Shown here: piece by piece, positions 51,760-64,000 of the stretch
How positions within the stretch are numbered: position 1 is the first letter of the stretch
Layout of the letters: each line of letters opens with the position of its first letter
DNA from: Paragordius varius
Taxonomy: Eukaryota; Animalia; Nematomorpha
Assembly (NCBI GenBank): GCA_964247055.1
Contig: OZ176051.1
Coordinates: 9,486,001-9,550,000 of the forward strand
Direction: 5' to 3'
DNA: 64,000 bases
Translations under genes and position numbers: made by a program
Notes under the pieces: generated by a model
The model's input: the letters and a program-made list of their open reading frames with translations, nothing else
What the model was told of the DNA's origin: nothing
Database searches by the model: none

Positions 51760-52650
51760 CCTCCAGGATTAAAACTCCACAAGGTTTATCAGAGCCCTTT
51801 TCAATAAAGCATGTCTACCAAGGCTCATTCACCTTTATTGTTTTAATGATTTGTGTAAATGAGGTAGCCAAGGTCGTTAATGTAAGGTCAGGTTGGCACT
51901 TAATGTGTATGCAGATGACATAATCATTTCTGATTCATTCGCTGAGTTAAAGCGAACGGTAAACAGATGGGTTATTATTATATTATATCAATATCGTCTG
52001 AAAGTAAAAGCAAAATCTGAATTTATTACTTTTGGGGGTCCACAACATGAAATGGAAGTTGATGATAGTTGGGTTTTCAAGGGAAAAAAAGGTGCAAATA
52101 TTTGGGGGCAATGTTAAGTTCATATGGATCGTTGACCGATGATAATAATTTAAGTAAAGAGCAGTTGGGTAAATTGGAAGAAAATTTCAAACGTGTTATG
52201 TGATCGAAATATTGATGTTAGAGTAGGTATACAGTTCAGTTGTTCAAGCCACAATTATGTATAATTCACAGACCGGGGGGGTCGAAAAATCCGAAGAAAG
52301 ACATTTTGACGTCACTAAAATGAAAATGCTCAGAATGATGTGTGGGGTAACAAGAAAGGACAGAATTAGGAATAGATTTATTCGTGAGAGCACAGATGTT
52401 AAACCAATAGTGGAAAATGTCAAAAAATAGGCTATGTTGGTTTGGGCGCATTGAAAGGAGAGATTTTAATTATATTGCAAAAATAAAAGATAGTCATATA
52501 GTTGAAGGATAACAAGGACGTGGGCGGCCTAAAACAAAATAGATCACATTAAAAAGAGAGCTAGAATACGAGCTTAAAGCAAAAGACGCCATAGATAGAG
52601 TTCTATGGCGGAACCGGTAGTATAACATGACCGTCACGAGTAAAAACATG
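51760..52650 (+). mobile_element. Uninterrupted paralog of the decayed RTE LINE (empty site for the gypsy element)
   Basis: ORF 51893-52117 reads LNVYADDIIISDS; there is a single ATGAC at 51915-51919. Confidence 0.8.
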
Positions 52651-54650
52651 TAATGTAATTATTAAATATATATTGACTCACCGTAGAAACATTATATTTT
52701 TATATTCCACCAGTCGCGGAACTATAAATTTTGCCCCCCCCCCCCTCACCCCAAAAAATCGTTTCCAGTTATTTTTTCACATGGCGCATCATTTAGATTC
52801 GTAAAGAAATATTATATTTAAAAATGATAATATTTACATGACTTGGCATCCTGAGTCTAAATTGCGCTCCCGGGATTTTTATATATAATAGATATCCACC
52901 CGCCCTCCCTTTTAAAGGTTTAAAATAATTAAATAATCTATTAAGATGTATTAATTGGAAGACATGTTTTAACATTTCGTTTTCCGTGAGCAAATTTTCT
53001 AATTTATCTTTTTTATCCATTTGATCCGCCATCCATGTTATTTTTAAAAGCCCAGATTTAATGTTTTTTATAATAGGTTTTCGAAAAACAAAGATTTTCT
53101 GAAAAAGGATTTCTTTTAATAAGACCTGGGGGACGATGTAAATTAAACGATATCAGAATTCGTTTTTCTTTATTTGATAACTATATATTTATATAATTAC
53201 CCATAATTCTTTAAAATCAAACAGCTTAAACCACGTTCCACATTAGTATGACTCACACTATGCATATCATCTTTACCTTTTTTGCTAATCACTATCGTTT
53301 TCTAATTTGAGCTGGAGCTAGCATGAGGATTCAATAGTATGACTCGAACTATCCATATTATCTATACCATTACTGATATCAACTGTTTTTTGTTTCACGT
53401 GTGAGCTAGCATCAAAGGACACATTTGTCAAAATGGGTTTTAAGAAATCTGTCATTATTTTTATTTTTAATGCTTATTTTTCCTTCGCTCATTTTTGTTT
53501 TTACTCTTCACCCTAGTTTGGCACTAAGATACAAAAAACATTAAGAATTAAATATTTTGTAAGAAAATTTTTTACAACTGGCGATTATTGTGAAAACATG
53601 ATGCGAATCCTTAAAATCTTTTAGTTCAGGGGTCGGCAACCTTTTCTTTTGTGCGGCCCCAAGAATACCATAATAAACCATGATGTTGTCGCTAATATGG
53701 GCATAATTATATACTATTTTACTATGAAGACTTATATCTTAATTCATGTGGACAGCTTGTTTGGTAAAGCTTTCTCTATTTCGCTCGTCTGTATGCTCAC
53801 ATATTCGTTTTTCATATAAACACATTGTCAACATATGCGCCAATACGGGCCTACCTAGGAATAGCAGCGGGAAAAGTTCTTAAATACAAACTAATTGCTA
53901 AAAGCTTTTTCTTCGGAATTCGGATAAAAAAAATTTTACAGCTGTTTAGTCAGAATGATAAAATATTTTTTATGGTGATATGGCTTTTTGAAATTATAAT
54001 AAAAATGCTTCGAACCGGTCCCAAAAAAGTGGAACTAGAATCGGGCTCCAATAACGGAGCATGAATCGGTTCCTAAAAGAAACCAGGTTCCGATTCAAAG
54101 GCTTGATAAATATTTCTAAATGTAATTGCATGGAATATGAATTTATATTTGAGAATGGCCCGCTAAAAAAATTGATCTCTGTTTTATTGTGTGGTGAAAG
54201 TTTATCGAAAATTTTATATTTTATAACAAAAAATAATTTAAAATAACATGCATCAAAGGATAAAAACATTATAAAAATGATGCATATCAATGTATACCTA
54301 CTAATAAAAGTTGGCCAATTCACTTCACAGTAAAGTATGTGAAATAACAATCTATAAAATTTAATGAATATCATTCACAATGTGTGCATTGAAACATTTT
54401 TAAAATTATTGTTATTTCTCATATGAATTGGACACATTAATGTGAGTTGGCCTGCATTAAAATGCATATTGCATAATCAAAATAAATTAGATTATTAGAG
54501 AACATTGTTATAATGAATGTTTATCTTTTTCCCCTCCTTTATTTATTCACTATTAGATTGCCAGAAATTAATAATGGATCAACACTAAAATTTGATGGAT
54601 AGTAAAAAATGCATTTTTTGCTCTTTCTTCCTTTGACTCAATAATATTAA

Positions 54651-55231
54651 CACTTGGATACAACATACTCATTTTAGTCCTTCGATTCAAATTGGGATAG
54701 TTGGATACCCCAGGCCTGTTTAATATCAAATACTTTAAAAAGTATGGAAGCAATCTAAACCATGGCAAAATTTTGCACTTATATAACATTAATAATCCGA
54801 CATATATAAAAAATTTTATTCAAATTTACTTGATATTACCTATTTTGAGCTAAAACTGAAAGGTAAAAATTTAGTCAACGTGACATGTGTCAAATTGTAA
54901 AATTAAAAAATAATACAAAATAAACCGCTTTTTCTATTTCACTTAAAGATAGATGTAATTTATATAAAAAATAAGCTTTGGTTTTACCCTTAAAATTAAA
55001 TGAAGACGATATTTTGCAAAATTTTTATAAAATAAAAATGGCGTCGAAGTAGTTTGAGATGGAACTTTTTTTTCAAAACAAAATTTTATCAAGATATTTT
55101 GGCATATTTATATAATATTTATTAGGATAGAAGCATAAATTCAAATTGGGACCGTTTCCTTCAGTAGTTTTTAAAAATTTTAATTTAAATTTAGTTTGGG
55201 GTATTTAAATACCCCAATTTGAATCGAAGTG
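54651..55231. mobile_element. 581-bp non-autonomous piggyBac-like element
   Basis: TTAA on both sides (54647-54650, 55232-55235); ends CACTT..AAGTG with subterminal CTTCGATTCAAATTGGG inverted repeats; a single TTAA empty site at 16233-16236. Confidence 0.8.
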
Positions 55232-56301
55232 TTAAAATTTACATGCCCATTTCCTCACAAAAATTAAATATGTAAATTGTCTTTCATTACATCAAAAAAC
55301 AAAATATATTTTTACGCTATATGAATATATTATTGCAAATGAGATTTTATTTGTAATTATTTTAATTTAACAGAGGCAAAAAAATTACATCTGTCAAAAT
55401 TATGTGAATCTTCATGAAACTATAATTTTTAATAACAAAATTAGGAATTTACATGAGCTTCATTTGGTGTCAATCTATACTCATTTATTTATTTTTAAAC
55501 TATTTTCATTTTTTTAAGTGTTAACTGAAGAGAATTTAAAGGTGTTTATTAATTATAAATTTATAATTAAACCGCTTATTGAGATAGTGAAAAAATGCAT
55601 TTTTTCGCTAAAACGGCAAAAATGGGGATCAAAAAATAATTGTTTGTGAATAAAAGTTAAAATCTTTGAGATAATGGACATTGAAATGATAAATGGGGTT
55701 AAATTCTGAAAAAAAATTATTTAAATTTTCTTACGATTTGCATAAAAATTGTTTATCGCTTATAAGCTTGAATAAAATATTAAACAAGAGGGAAACTCAA
55801 CTAAATTTTATTGTTTATGTGTATCATAAGCCTAATCCTAAACTTCAAAACTTAAAATTAGAACTATTTGCAACCAAACAGGGTAGTTTAAACCCAACGA
55901 AACATGTTTTAGCTAAGTTCAATGCTATTTAAATAAATTACCTAATCGAACAACTTCCCAAACAACTAGAAAATGAAATAGCTTTAAATTAATTAATGTT
56001 AAAATAAATTAGTGTGCATTGTATTGACAAAAATTAGTCTTATGCGTGGACCAAATATGTATTATGCCTATAAGTATATCTTATGCGCTAACCTCCGCAT
56101 TTGAATTAAAAATAAGTTCCGTGAAATTTGTGTTGATCACCCTTAGAGTATATAATAAGTTAGTATAATTGATCGGTAAAAAAATATTTATTGTTATGAT
56201 TCAACATAAAGGGAGTTTTTCTTGATTTGAGATTATTTAAAATTATTGCGTTAGGTTCATATACAAATATATATGTCACATTATTTTTTTGTGAACTTAA
56301 A

Positions 56302-59300
56302 CTATAAACATTTCCCCGACAAATTGTAATATAATGTAGCCACGTATCGTAGGCCAATCACTATAATAAAATATCCAGATATTGTAGACATGATTGGATC
56401 AAAATTGATTAATTTTCCAATGTTTGCATTGACGATATCATAACGTATCTCAGACATGGCAACACTGGTTACTATTATTGTACTTACACTAAGAATCACC
56501 ATACAAAACTATGAAAAAAATATATACAATCGTTGATTAAAGTTTTATTTCCTTTTAAAGTAAAAATTGAAATTATACGGACAAAACGTGAAAACATAAA
56601 GAAAAATATTTTTCTTTTACAAGACTGTGGTGTATTTTATAACTTTGATTTTTTTAATTGATGTTTGATAAACAATCAATAATATATTTTTCGATTGTAA
56701 TCAAATGATTTAATCAGGAAAAATTAGGATTAAAAAGTTTGGTTGCCTTTTGAAAAAAAAATATTTGTCTTTATGTTTTTTCGTTTTGTCTGTATAATTT
56801 TTATTTTTACTAACACACTTACCCTATTTCTCAATTGATCCAACGAGGATTTTAATGTTAAGTAATAGTTTTCGGGAGTGAGATTTTGTTTAAGCTTCTC
56901 TATCCAGAATGCTTTTTCTGCTAAACTAATCGTAACATTTTCAAATTTTTCTAGATTGAGTTGTGAGATCCATGTATTTTCCGACCACTCTGGAGGAGTA
57001 GCAGTAGTATATTTTTCATCTATTTTTTAAGTAATTAATAACACAGCATGCAGTGATTTAAACACTCAATGGCGTTTTATCAAATTTTATAAATTCCTTA
57101 TGCCATATTCATTCACACAAGTATATAAACATGATACTGCCGAATAAAAATATTTAAAAGGGCTGTGAAGAGCCATATTATTATTAACAATTATGTTAAT
57201 AATTTTATACAAATATGAGACACATTGCTGGTGGCCTATACCCTAAAAAGCGTAGGCAACTTACATTTAAAAAAGGTGAACTTAAAACAATATTATTAAA
57301 TAAAATAGACTATGTGTCATTTAAATAAAAGACTAATTTTAATTACAAAACTATTAGGATTATGCTTAAGAAAAGCGATATGTGTGCTGGTGTCAATGCA
57401 AATCGGTTGAAATCTTTAATTGATATAACAACCATTCATTCATAAGTAAAATAAAGCTAACTAAAATTCAACAATATACGTTATAGAAAAATAAAATAAT
57501 TGTTGCAAAAAAGTGGTATGCTAACGGGAACCTTAACACCAATTAAATAAAATATATTTTCTTGAATTACACGTATAATAAATAGCTATTTAACCTGATA
57601 TAAGCAGCCATGATTAATGGCGATCTACACTTAAATAAATTACTTAATAGAGCGTTTGCATATAAATGTGTCTTTAACACTTTAAGTTGGCCTCGAACAT
57701 TTTAAGAGCGTTCTGTATTTGAATTTGGTCCTTAAACTTTTTAATTTTGCTTATAACCATAATTTTTGCATTTCATTATTTTTAACCGAATAGTTTTATT
57801 GCTAATACGTGTTTTGGCAGAGACATATCAAATTTCTAATATAACAATATTTTAAATTTATTTATATTTCAACTAAAATTAATAAGGGCAAAAATTTTTA
57901 TGTTTTTTAAGCTATAATACCTTATTATTTTAAAATAACTTTTGAAAATAATGCAACTGTTTTTGAATGAACAAAGTTTATATTGAAATAATATGAAAAT
58001 GTATGGCTCATAGTTGGATGTTAAAATTTGGGAACAAAATGATATGCTTAGGGACCAATTAGAAGTCTTATTGGACCAAGTGAAGTGTTAAAGAACACTC
58101 TTAAATCACAAATAATATATATCGTAATTAAAAGTTTAAAGCATAATCTAAAATCAATATATCTATAGATATATACTTTTAGGGGTTCCAGTTATTGTCG
58201 TTGCATTCTAAAACATAATTAACATATTAAAAAAAATTGTTGCCTGATAAATAAGAAATATATGAATTCTGAGCGTTAAATAATATATAACCCATAAGGG
58301 CAAGTCAAACAAAACAAAACGGAAGTTTTTTAGGTAGTTTTGATAAATGATTTAGCTCTAAATTATTTATATATTTTTTTATGATTACACTGCTCAACAA
58401 GGTTTTGCACCACCCCATTATTTTTGCATTTTCTAATACCTAATGGCATGGAAAGGCCAAAACAAAAAAGAAAATTGAGGCCACCAATAGGATTTTTCCA
58501 AAATTTAATTTTTAAATTTGTATTTAATTCAAAAATAACAATCATTCCTCGTGCACATATGTTTAAATAATCAAACGAGCAAGTCGATACAAGTAATATT
58601 CCATGCATGAATAACAAAATTCTAGGCATCAAATAAGATACTAAACAAGCTAAGAGCCAAAGTATTAAAAATCTAAAAGAGGCTTATGTATAGTGTGATA
58701 GATCCGGGCGGCTGCACAAGCTCTGCATATCCCCCAAGCGATCCTATAATTATGCCAGATGTGGCAAAGATAACAATAAGTAATCGTAAAGTCCGATAAG
58801 AGAGACTTGCAAGCAAAATCCAGGCAAATTGACATGTAAAATTAACCAATTCACAGAATAAAGTTAGATAAATTCTACAATTAAATTGAATATAAATTAG
58901 GTAAATACAAATGGTCCAATCCCATAACAGTAAATTCTACTAAAAGTGGCTACACAACATCCATCTGAAATTCAAAATACAAAACAACCAATAATTTTTT
59001 AAAAAATAAGGTATATCCACTAGGTATAAATAAAGGATTTTTTATAAGAACCAACTCAAGAGAAAAAGTCTAATAAGTACTCAAAAGAACGAAAACTAAC
59101 AAAAAAATATAGCCTTTCTGAAAGCCGAAGGTTTAAACCATAGAATGCCTTTTTTAGTATTTATTTATAAAAATTTATATGTGTTAAAAATTCACTTGAA
59201 AAAAAAGACTAAATTTTGACGTTTAAGTCCGTACTATTTTTTTCTCTCTGATATTTAAATGACATATTTATAATCAAAAGATAGAGTTTAAAACGCTTTA

Positions 59301-62300
59301 TTAAATAATATTAAGTTTATAATATAATAACATTTTATTATAAAGTTATATTTAATTTTCTCTCGATTTTCTCTTGTTTTTGAAAAATTGAAAAACCTAT
59401 AAAATTTCATAATTCTGATTGGCAGGATCAAAAATTTTTTTAAATTCGGTTTTAAAACACTAAAATTAGTCATAATTTAAAAAGTTTGAGTGGTGGTGCT
59501 TAAAAATGTCCAAATTTGTCGACTAGTGTTATAAGGGTATCTGATATGAGTTATTACAATATGCATCTTAATGGTTGCTTATTTTACACTATAGTAGGGC
59601 AATTTGCAACACATGAGTTGGAAACAAAAAAGAAATAATTGTTTATTGCGCATTTTTACAGTTTTGCAAATTGCCCTACTAAAGTGTGAAATAAGCAACC
59701 ATTAAAATGCATACTGTAATCCAATTACAACATAATACCTATAAAACAAAATTATCGTGCTAAATTTAGTTTCTTTACCATTTGGTAAAGTTTATGCTAG
59801 AAAAAATAATTTTGATATCAAAATTGATTGGTATTTAGCAATTTTTATTTAACATTTAGCCGTTTACGATTTTTGGAAAAAATGTATAAATTTAATATGT
59901 AACCTTTTCTTGTCTATAATAATATAAAATAATTGTAACATTTTTTGTAAAAATATTATGTAAAGAACTGTTAAGGTGATTATATACCATTGAAGAAATC
60001 GATTGGTTGAATTCGTTCTTTATTTAATTAAAATTTTGTATTTGACTGGTTTTAAAAATGAATGATTGCATTCATAAGCTTATCGCAACATTTTAGGATT
60101 ATTTGTAATCCAAACACTAATTAATGATAATTTTACCTCAAAAATTAAAAGTTTAACACTTTAATACGGGACATCCCTTTTTTCATTTTTTATTTCAAAA
60201 CGATTACTAATTAAGGATAGTGTTCTTTACACATCCTCGCTCTTACAGGCGTTGGATGCAATTTTTTAAAATCAATAATTTTCTAATATTATGTTAGTTG
60301 ATTTTTAGCCGTTGTCTTCCATGCCCCACCATTAGTACTTGTTTCTAACCCTTTCAGCCGTTAATATTTACAATTATTCATTTCTATTTCATTTTCTTTT
60401 CATCCTATTTTATTTTTCACTATTTTAACGTCATTTATCCGGATACATTGTGGCCATTTAATCGCAAAAACATAAAGCCTGCGAACTAGCTGTCGAGCCG
60501 ATGCCCATATGTGATACAGCCTGCTTAAAAGCACTTAAAATACATTTACCCTATTATCATAAAAATTTTCTTGAACCTAATGTCTTAGATTTCAAAAATT
60601 GTAAGGCTATATTACCTAATATAAGATTAAGAGAAATTTAAATATACCTCACGCGTCCCCCAAAACACATGATTGATGTTTAAATAAGCATAGAGGGGAA
60701 GGCTAATAAAGGTTGATGGGGCCAAAAGAATGTAAACCGGTGCTAAAAACAAAAAATGGGCCTCTTTTCTGTTGTAAAAGGCAGCTGTAACAAAAATTAG
60801 TATTAGGCCCCCTAGCAGTAACCAATCAGTAATAAATTGCTTTGTTCCACCTTGAGCATGGGATGTGTTGAAAATTGGAATGCATATTATCGTATAAAGG
60901 TATGAGGCCATTATAAAAGCATAGAACCAAGCCACTAATTCCGCATAATACATCTATCGAATAATGTAAAATATTTGTTATGATTTCTCTGTAAAAGTGC
61001 TAATTACATATTTTAATGTTCTTAATATTTTGTAACTTTCTAAATCAGGGTTGGCCAGCACGCTGCCGTTCATAGTATGTGCGCCCCACAAATCGAAAAA
61101 ATATCAAATAAATGTGCAAATCTTGGTAAAATTTATATTTCATTACATGACTACAATCCAAAACGATGCAAAAATTTGTTGAAAAATGGTAGCATTATTT
61201 GCGACCATTTTAAAAACTATGTTTGAAATTTGAAAGAATTAATTGAATGTCCCCTTTTGTGACACTCCTGATCTAATTGAAAATATTTTGTAGAAAAAAT
61301 TATTTTACGAACCTGAATTTTTATCGACATTTTCAGACATATTGCGACATTCGTTAGAATTGGAATCACCAATGTGGCAATCGCGATCCCCATATTAATA
61401 TTAAATACAATTATTAGCGCATGTGTTAGGATTAAAAACATAATTGATGGACAACATAAATGATGAACGATGGTAAAAATCTAAAAGGTATAACATGCAT
61501 GAACTAAAAATATGGTGAATGGAAAAATAACCCATTATATTTGATAACTTGTTAATTTTTATCGTATGCTTAAAATATTGTTAATAAATGATTTGAAAAC
61601 ATTCAAATTATTTAACATTAATCCCATTTAAACAAAAAGCAGCTAATCTAGCCCATTTTTTAACGCTAGAATGCTAGAATTGAAAAGCCATGTCAAGGTC
61701 GAATAGATTTAATCCGGCCAAATCTCTTTTTTCTTGTTTAATTAAAAAAGGAACCAAACATATTATTGAAAAAAAATAGCTTTTATTTCGGTTAAAGTTA
61801 TTTGAAAGCTGTCTTAATCGTATAATATTTAATCTGGAAATTTTTAAATATTTAATTCATTATTCAATTACATAAAATAAAAAACTGTAAGTGTTATAAA
61901 AAAAATTTAAAGGTTATGAATCATTCTAAATACATTCTTAGTCATTAGGTGTCAATATTATCAGCAAATAAATGTTTTATATCGAAATCGTTAGGATTAC
62001 CTATTTTATATTAAAAATATATGATGTAGTATAATAAATAAACCAAAATCAAGGTTTACTTATAATAAAATTCAATAACAATAAAGAAATAGTAAATTTT
62101 AGATTTTTATGACATATGCCATTAATAAGTATTTGTTTTACAGGTGATATATAAATATATAATGGATTTTTTGAACCGTTTCTTTCAGAAGCTAGTCAGG
62201 AATGAGTTCAGACTCACTCCTAATCATATTGACAAAAATTTCAATCATATCAATAATTGTACCTGGTATAAAACACACATAAAAGTGATATTGTGGTTTG

Positions 62301-62482
62301 TATGATTGAACCTATTCATAACTGTATCAATAATTTCCCAAGTGTTTGCTATAGTTCCCGGTTTCCAGCGACGTTTTTGGTTAAAATATTCTTCGAATGT
62401 ATGGGGAATGTTTGATTCTACCAAAGCTTTGGGTGCTTTTTGCAAAAAATATCCCAATCGTCTTATGAGCACACTGAGATAC
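56302..62482 (-). CDS. CHS: Chitin synthase (GT2), 3' portion; 5' exons unresolved or outside the window
   Basis: Exons 62482-62263 (R|YLSVLI..EEYFNQKRRWKPGTIAN..LYQ; phase-2 start fits a split EDR codon), 61480-61313 (..CPSIMFLIL..KIQ), 60953-60648 (..LPLYAYLNINHVFWGTRE), 57019-56823 (EKAFWIEKL..LDQLRNR, coiled coil) and 56508-56302 (..FDPIM..YFIIVIGLRYVATLYY). Frames and phases are consistent; exon(s) between 60648 and 57019 are unresolved. Confidence 0.85.
56560..56810. mobile_element. MITE-like element with ~55-bp terminal inverted repeats, in a CHS intron
   Basis: GTAAAAATTGAAATTATACGGACAAAACG.. pairs with ..CGTTTTGTCTGTATAATTTTTATTTTTAC. Confidence 0.6.
57668..58098. repeat. Element with inverted subterminal arrays of a 21-bp unit (degenerate copy)
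   Basis: The left side has TTAAGTTGGCCT/TTTGGTCCTTAAAC and the right side GGACCAA..GAAGTG units. Confidence 0.5.
58370..59140 (-). pseudogene. Paralog of 31250-31990 nested in a chitin synthase intron, lacking the NP-containing end
   Basis: 58330-59530 aligns with ~31230-32400; reads CRIYLTLFCELVNFTCQFAWILLASLSYRTL. Confidence 0.4.
59557..59716. mobile_element. 160-bp Tc1/mariner-type MITE with ~52-bp TIRs and TA flanks, in a CHS intron
   Basis: TA|CAATATGCATCTTAATGGTTGCTTATTTTACAC.. pairs with ..GTGTGAAATAAGCAACCATTAAAATGCATACTG|TA; absent from the paralogous region near 32360. Confidence 0.75.
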
Positions 62483-63456
62483 CTATAAAGAGGCTGATAT
62501 AAGTATATAAAGAACAAATAAAAAGGCCTAAAAACATAGTTTGTGCTGATTAATTTTTGCTTTTCTCTTTTTTTAATGTATAAACTGATAACTCTCTTGC
62601 CAAGAAGCTAGAAGTAATGATATTGGAATGTAGCAATCAAAGACATACTTAACTGTTAAAAGATCAACACTTGATTTAACAATACAAAATACATAATCTC
62701 AATCCATAATAATTATAAAAACTAGGATTACTTGATATAAGACGCGAAAAAACCTTATGTAGCATAGCTTGATTTAAAAGTCTATCCTAAAACGCATCCA
62801 ATATATACTGGTTTTATCTTTATTTCAATATGTTTTGGTTTTTGTTTAATATATACTGGGAGTAACGAAACGAGGACTTTTAGGTTAGACTTTGGCCAAT
62901 ATTTAAAATTAAAACTATGATATTAATTAAGCCTTAATAAAAAAAATTTCCAAAAAACAAAGATAAAATGGAAAAATTTTTTACTAATAAATCATAATTA
63001 ATGAGATTGTTCTGGAATTGTTGGAATATTTTTACAACTATAATTTGCGCCTGAGATCCTATTTATCCTTAAATTTGTTGCTAGTTTTATTTATTAATTT
63101 AACCAAGGAGCCGATAATTTAATTTAAATAATATTAAATAAACCAAATATCAATAATCGAGAATGTTTTGCTTATTAAAATAAGTTTAAGGTCGTTTCAT
63201 TAATATGTTGAGCCCCCTTAGATTTTTCTACACCTTTTGGGAGCCACTGCTGTAATCTATTTAAATAAAAATTGTTCAAAAAATACATTTATGCGTAATA
63301 ATCAATCCGTTTTTGACCAAGTTTAGAAGAAACAAAATATTATTCCACTACTCCCTTTATAAACATAATAATGTCTTAAATTATGAATTCTTATATCATT
63401 ATAGCATATGATGATTTTTCTAATGGATAATGTCCCCTAATAATATACCATTTGCA

Positions 63457-63917
63457 CTTCAAGAGTGTCCTTAAACACAAATTGGTCCTTGAACACTTAA
63501 GTTGATCCTTTGACTTTTTTGTTTTGTTTTAACTTTTATCAATCAAATATTATATTTTTCATCTATTTTATATTTTTCACCTATTTCCTATTATTTAAAT
63601 TAAATTTTAAATCAATAAATTTTAATCATTCAGAAATCGTATGTCTTTTAAATTAATTAAAAAATATATAAGTTTTCTGGATTATTATTTACAATTTTTC
63701 AACATTTGAAAGTTAATAATTTTAGTAAATTGAAAAAAATTATTTTGAACCAAAAAATCATATAGGAAATATAGAAAATAAGGTTAAAAAATAATAAAAT
63801 AAAATAAATGTAAATTAAATCTTAAAAATATTAAGGACCAACTTGAAATGTTCAAGGACCAACTTGAAGTGTTCAAGGACCAATTTGAAATTTTAAGGAC
63901 TAACTTGAAGTCTTCAA
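63457..63917. repeat. Element with inverted subterminal 21-bp tandem repeats
   Basis: TTCAAGGACCAACTTGAAGTG about 4 times at 63831-63917, and reverse-complement units at 63457-63511. Confidence 0.65.
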
Positions 63918-64000
63918 TAGCATCAATCAAATCTTGTTACTTATTATTTTTAAAATTGTACACAAATTTTCCAAAAATGGCACCTGGTTAGGTGCAAATA

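Noticed and set aside
1-56000. A/D modules recurring about every 18.5-19.4 kb (1, 18690, 37239, ~55600)
   Set aside because: The intervening DNA is non-homologous and one interval owes 4.6 kb to a recent gypsy insertion, so the spacing is likely coincidental.
58363-59473. Hydrophobic ORFs at 58.4-59.5 kb as chitin synthase TM exons
   Set aside because: The CHS coiled-coil and final TM exons were found at 57019-56302; this block has stops and is duplicated at 31-32 kb without CHS flanks.
63831-63917. 21-bp repeats as a CRISPR array
   Set aside because: Contiguous tandem units with no spacers, no cas genes and a eukaryotic context.

Overview
Very AT-rich, intron-containing eukaryotic DNA, most likely an invertebrate animal (animal-type chitin synthase, synaptotagmin-like and rhodopsin-GPCR-like genes); the species cannot be named from sequence alone. 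No tRNA, rRNA or CRISPR array was found. The window is a rearrangement hot-spot. 1-16.6 kb is a diverged segmental duplicate of 37.2-55.6 kb, and 17.7-28.8 kb is an ~11 kb head-to-head quasi-palindrome. The amplified cargo is an unrecognised five-exon gene for a predicted 479-aa secreted glycoprotein. It occurs as one apparently intact copy (107-2638), three disrupted copies that are sequence mosaics of each other, and two older decayed 5' fragments. Mobile DNA includes a very young intact Mag-clade Ty3/gypsy element (identical 293-bp LTRs ending TG..AA, ATGAC TSD, empty site visible in the paralogous block), three kinds of RTE-like LINE relic, a Mos1-like mariner relic, a TTAA-targeted piggyBac-like MITE with a visible empty site, and several foldback MITEs. 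The 3' half of a divergent chitin synthase gene occupies 56.3-62.5 kb (minus). All alignments, splice models and family assignments were made by eye; no database search was run.
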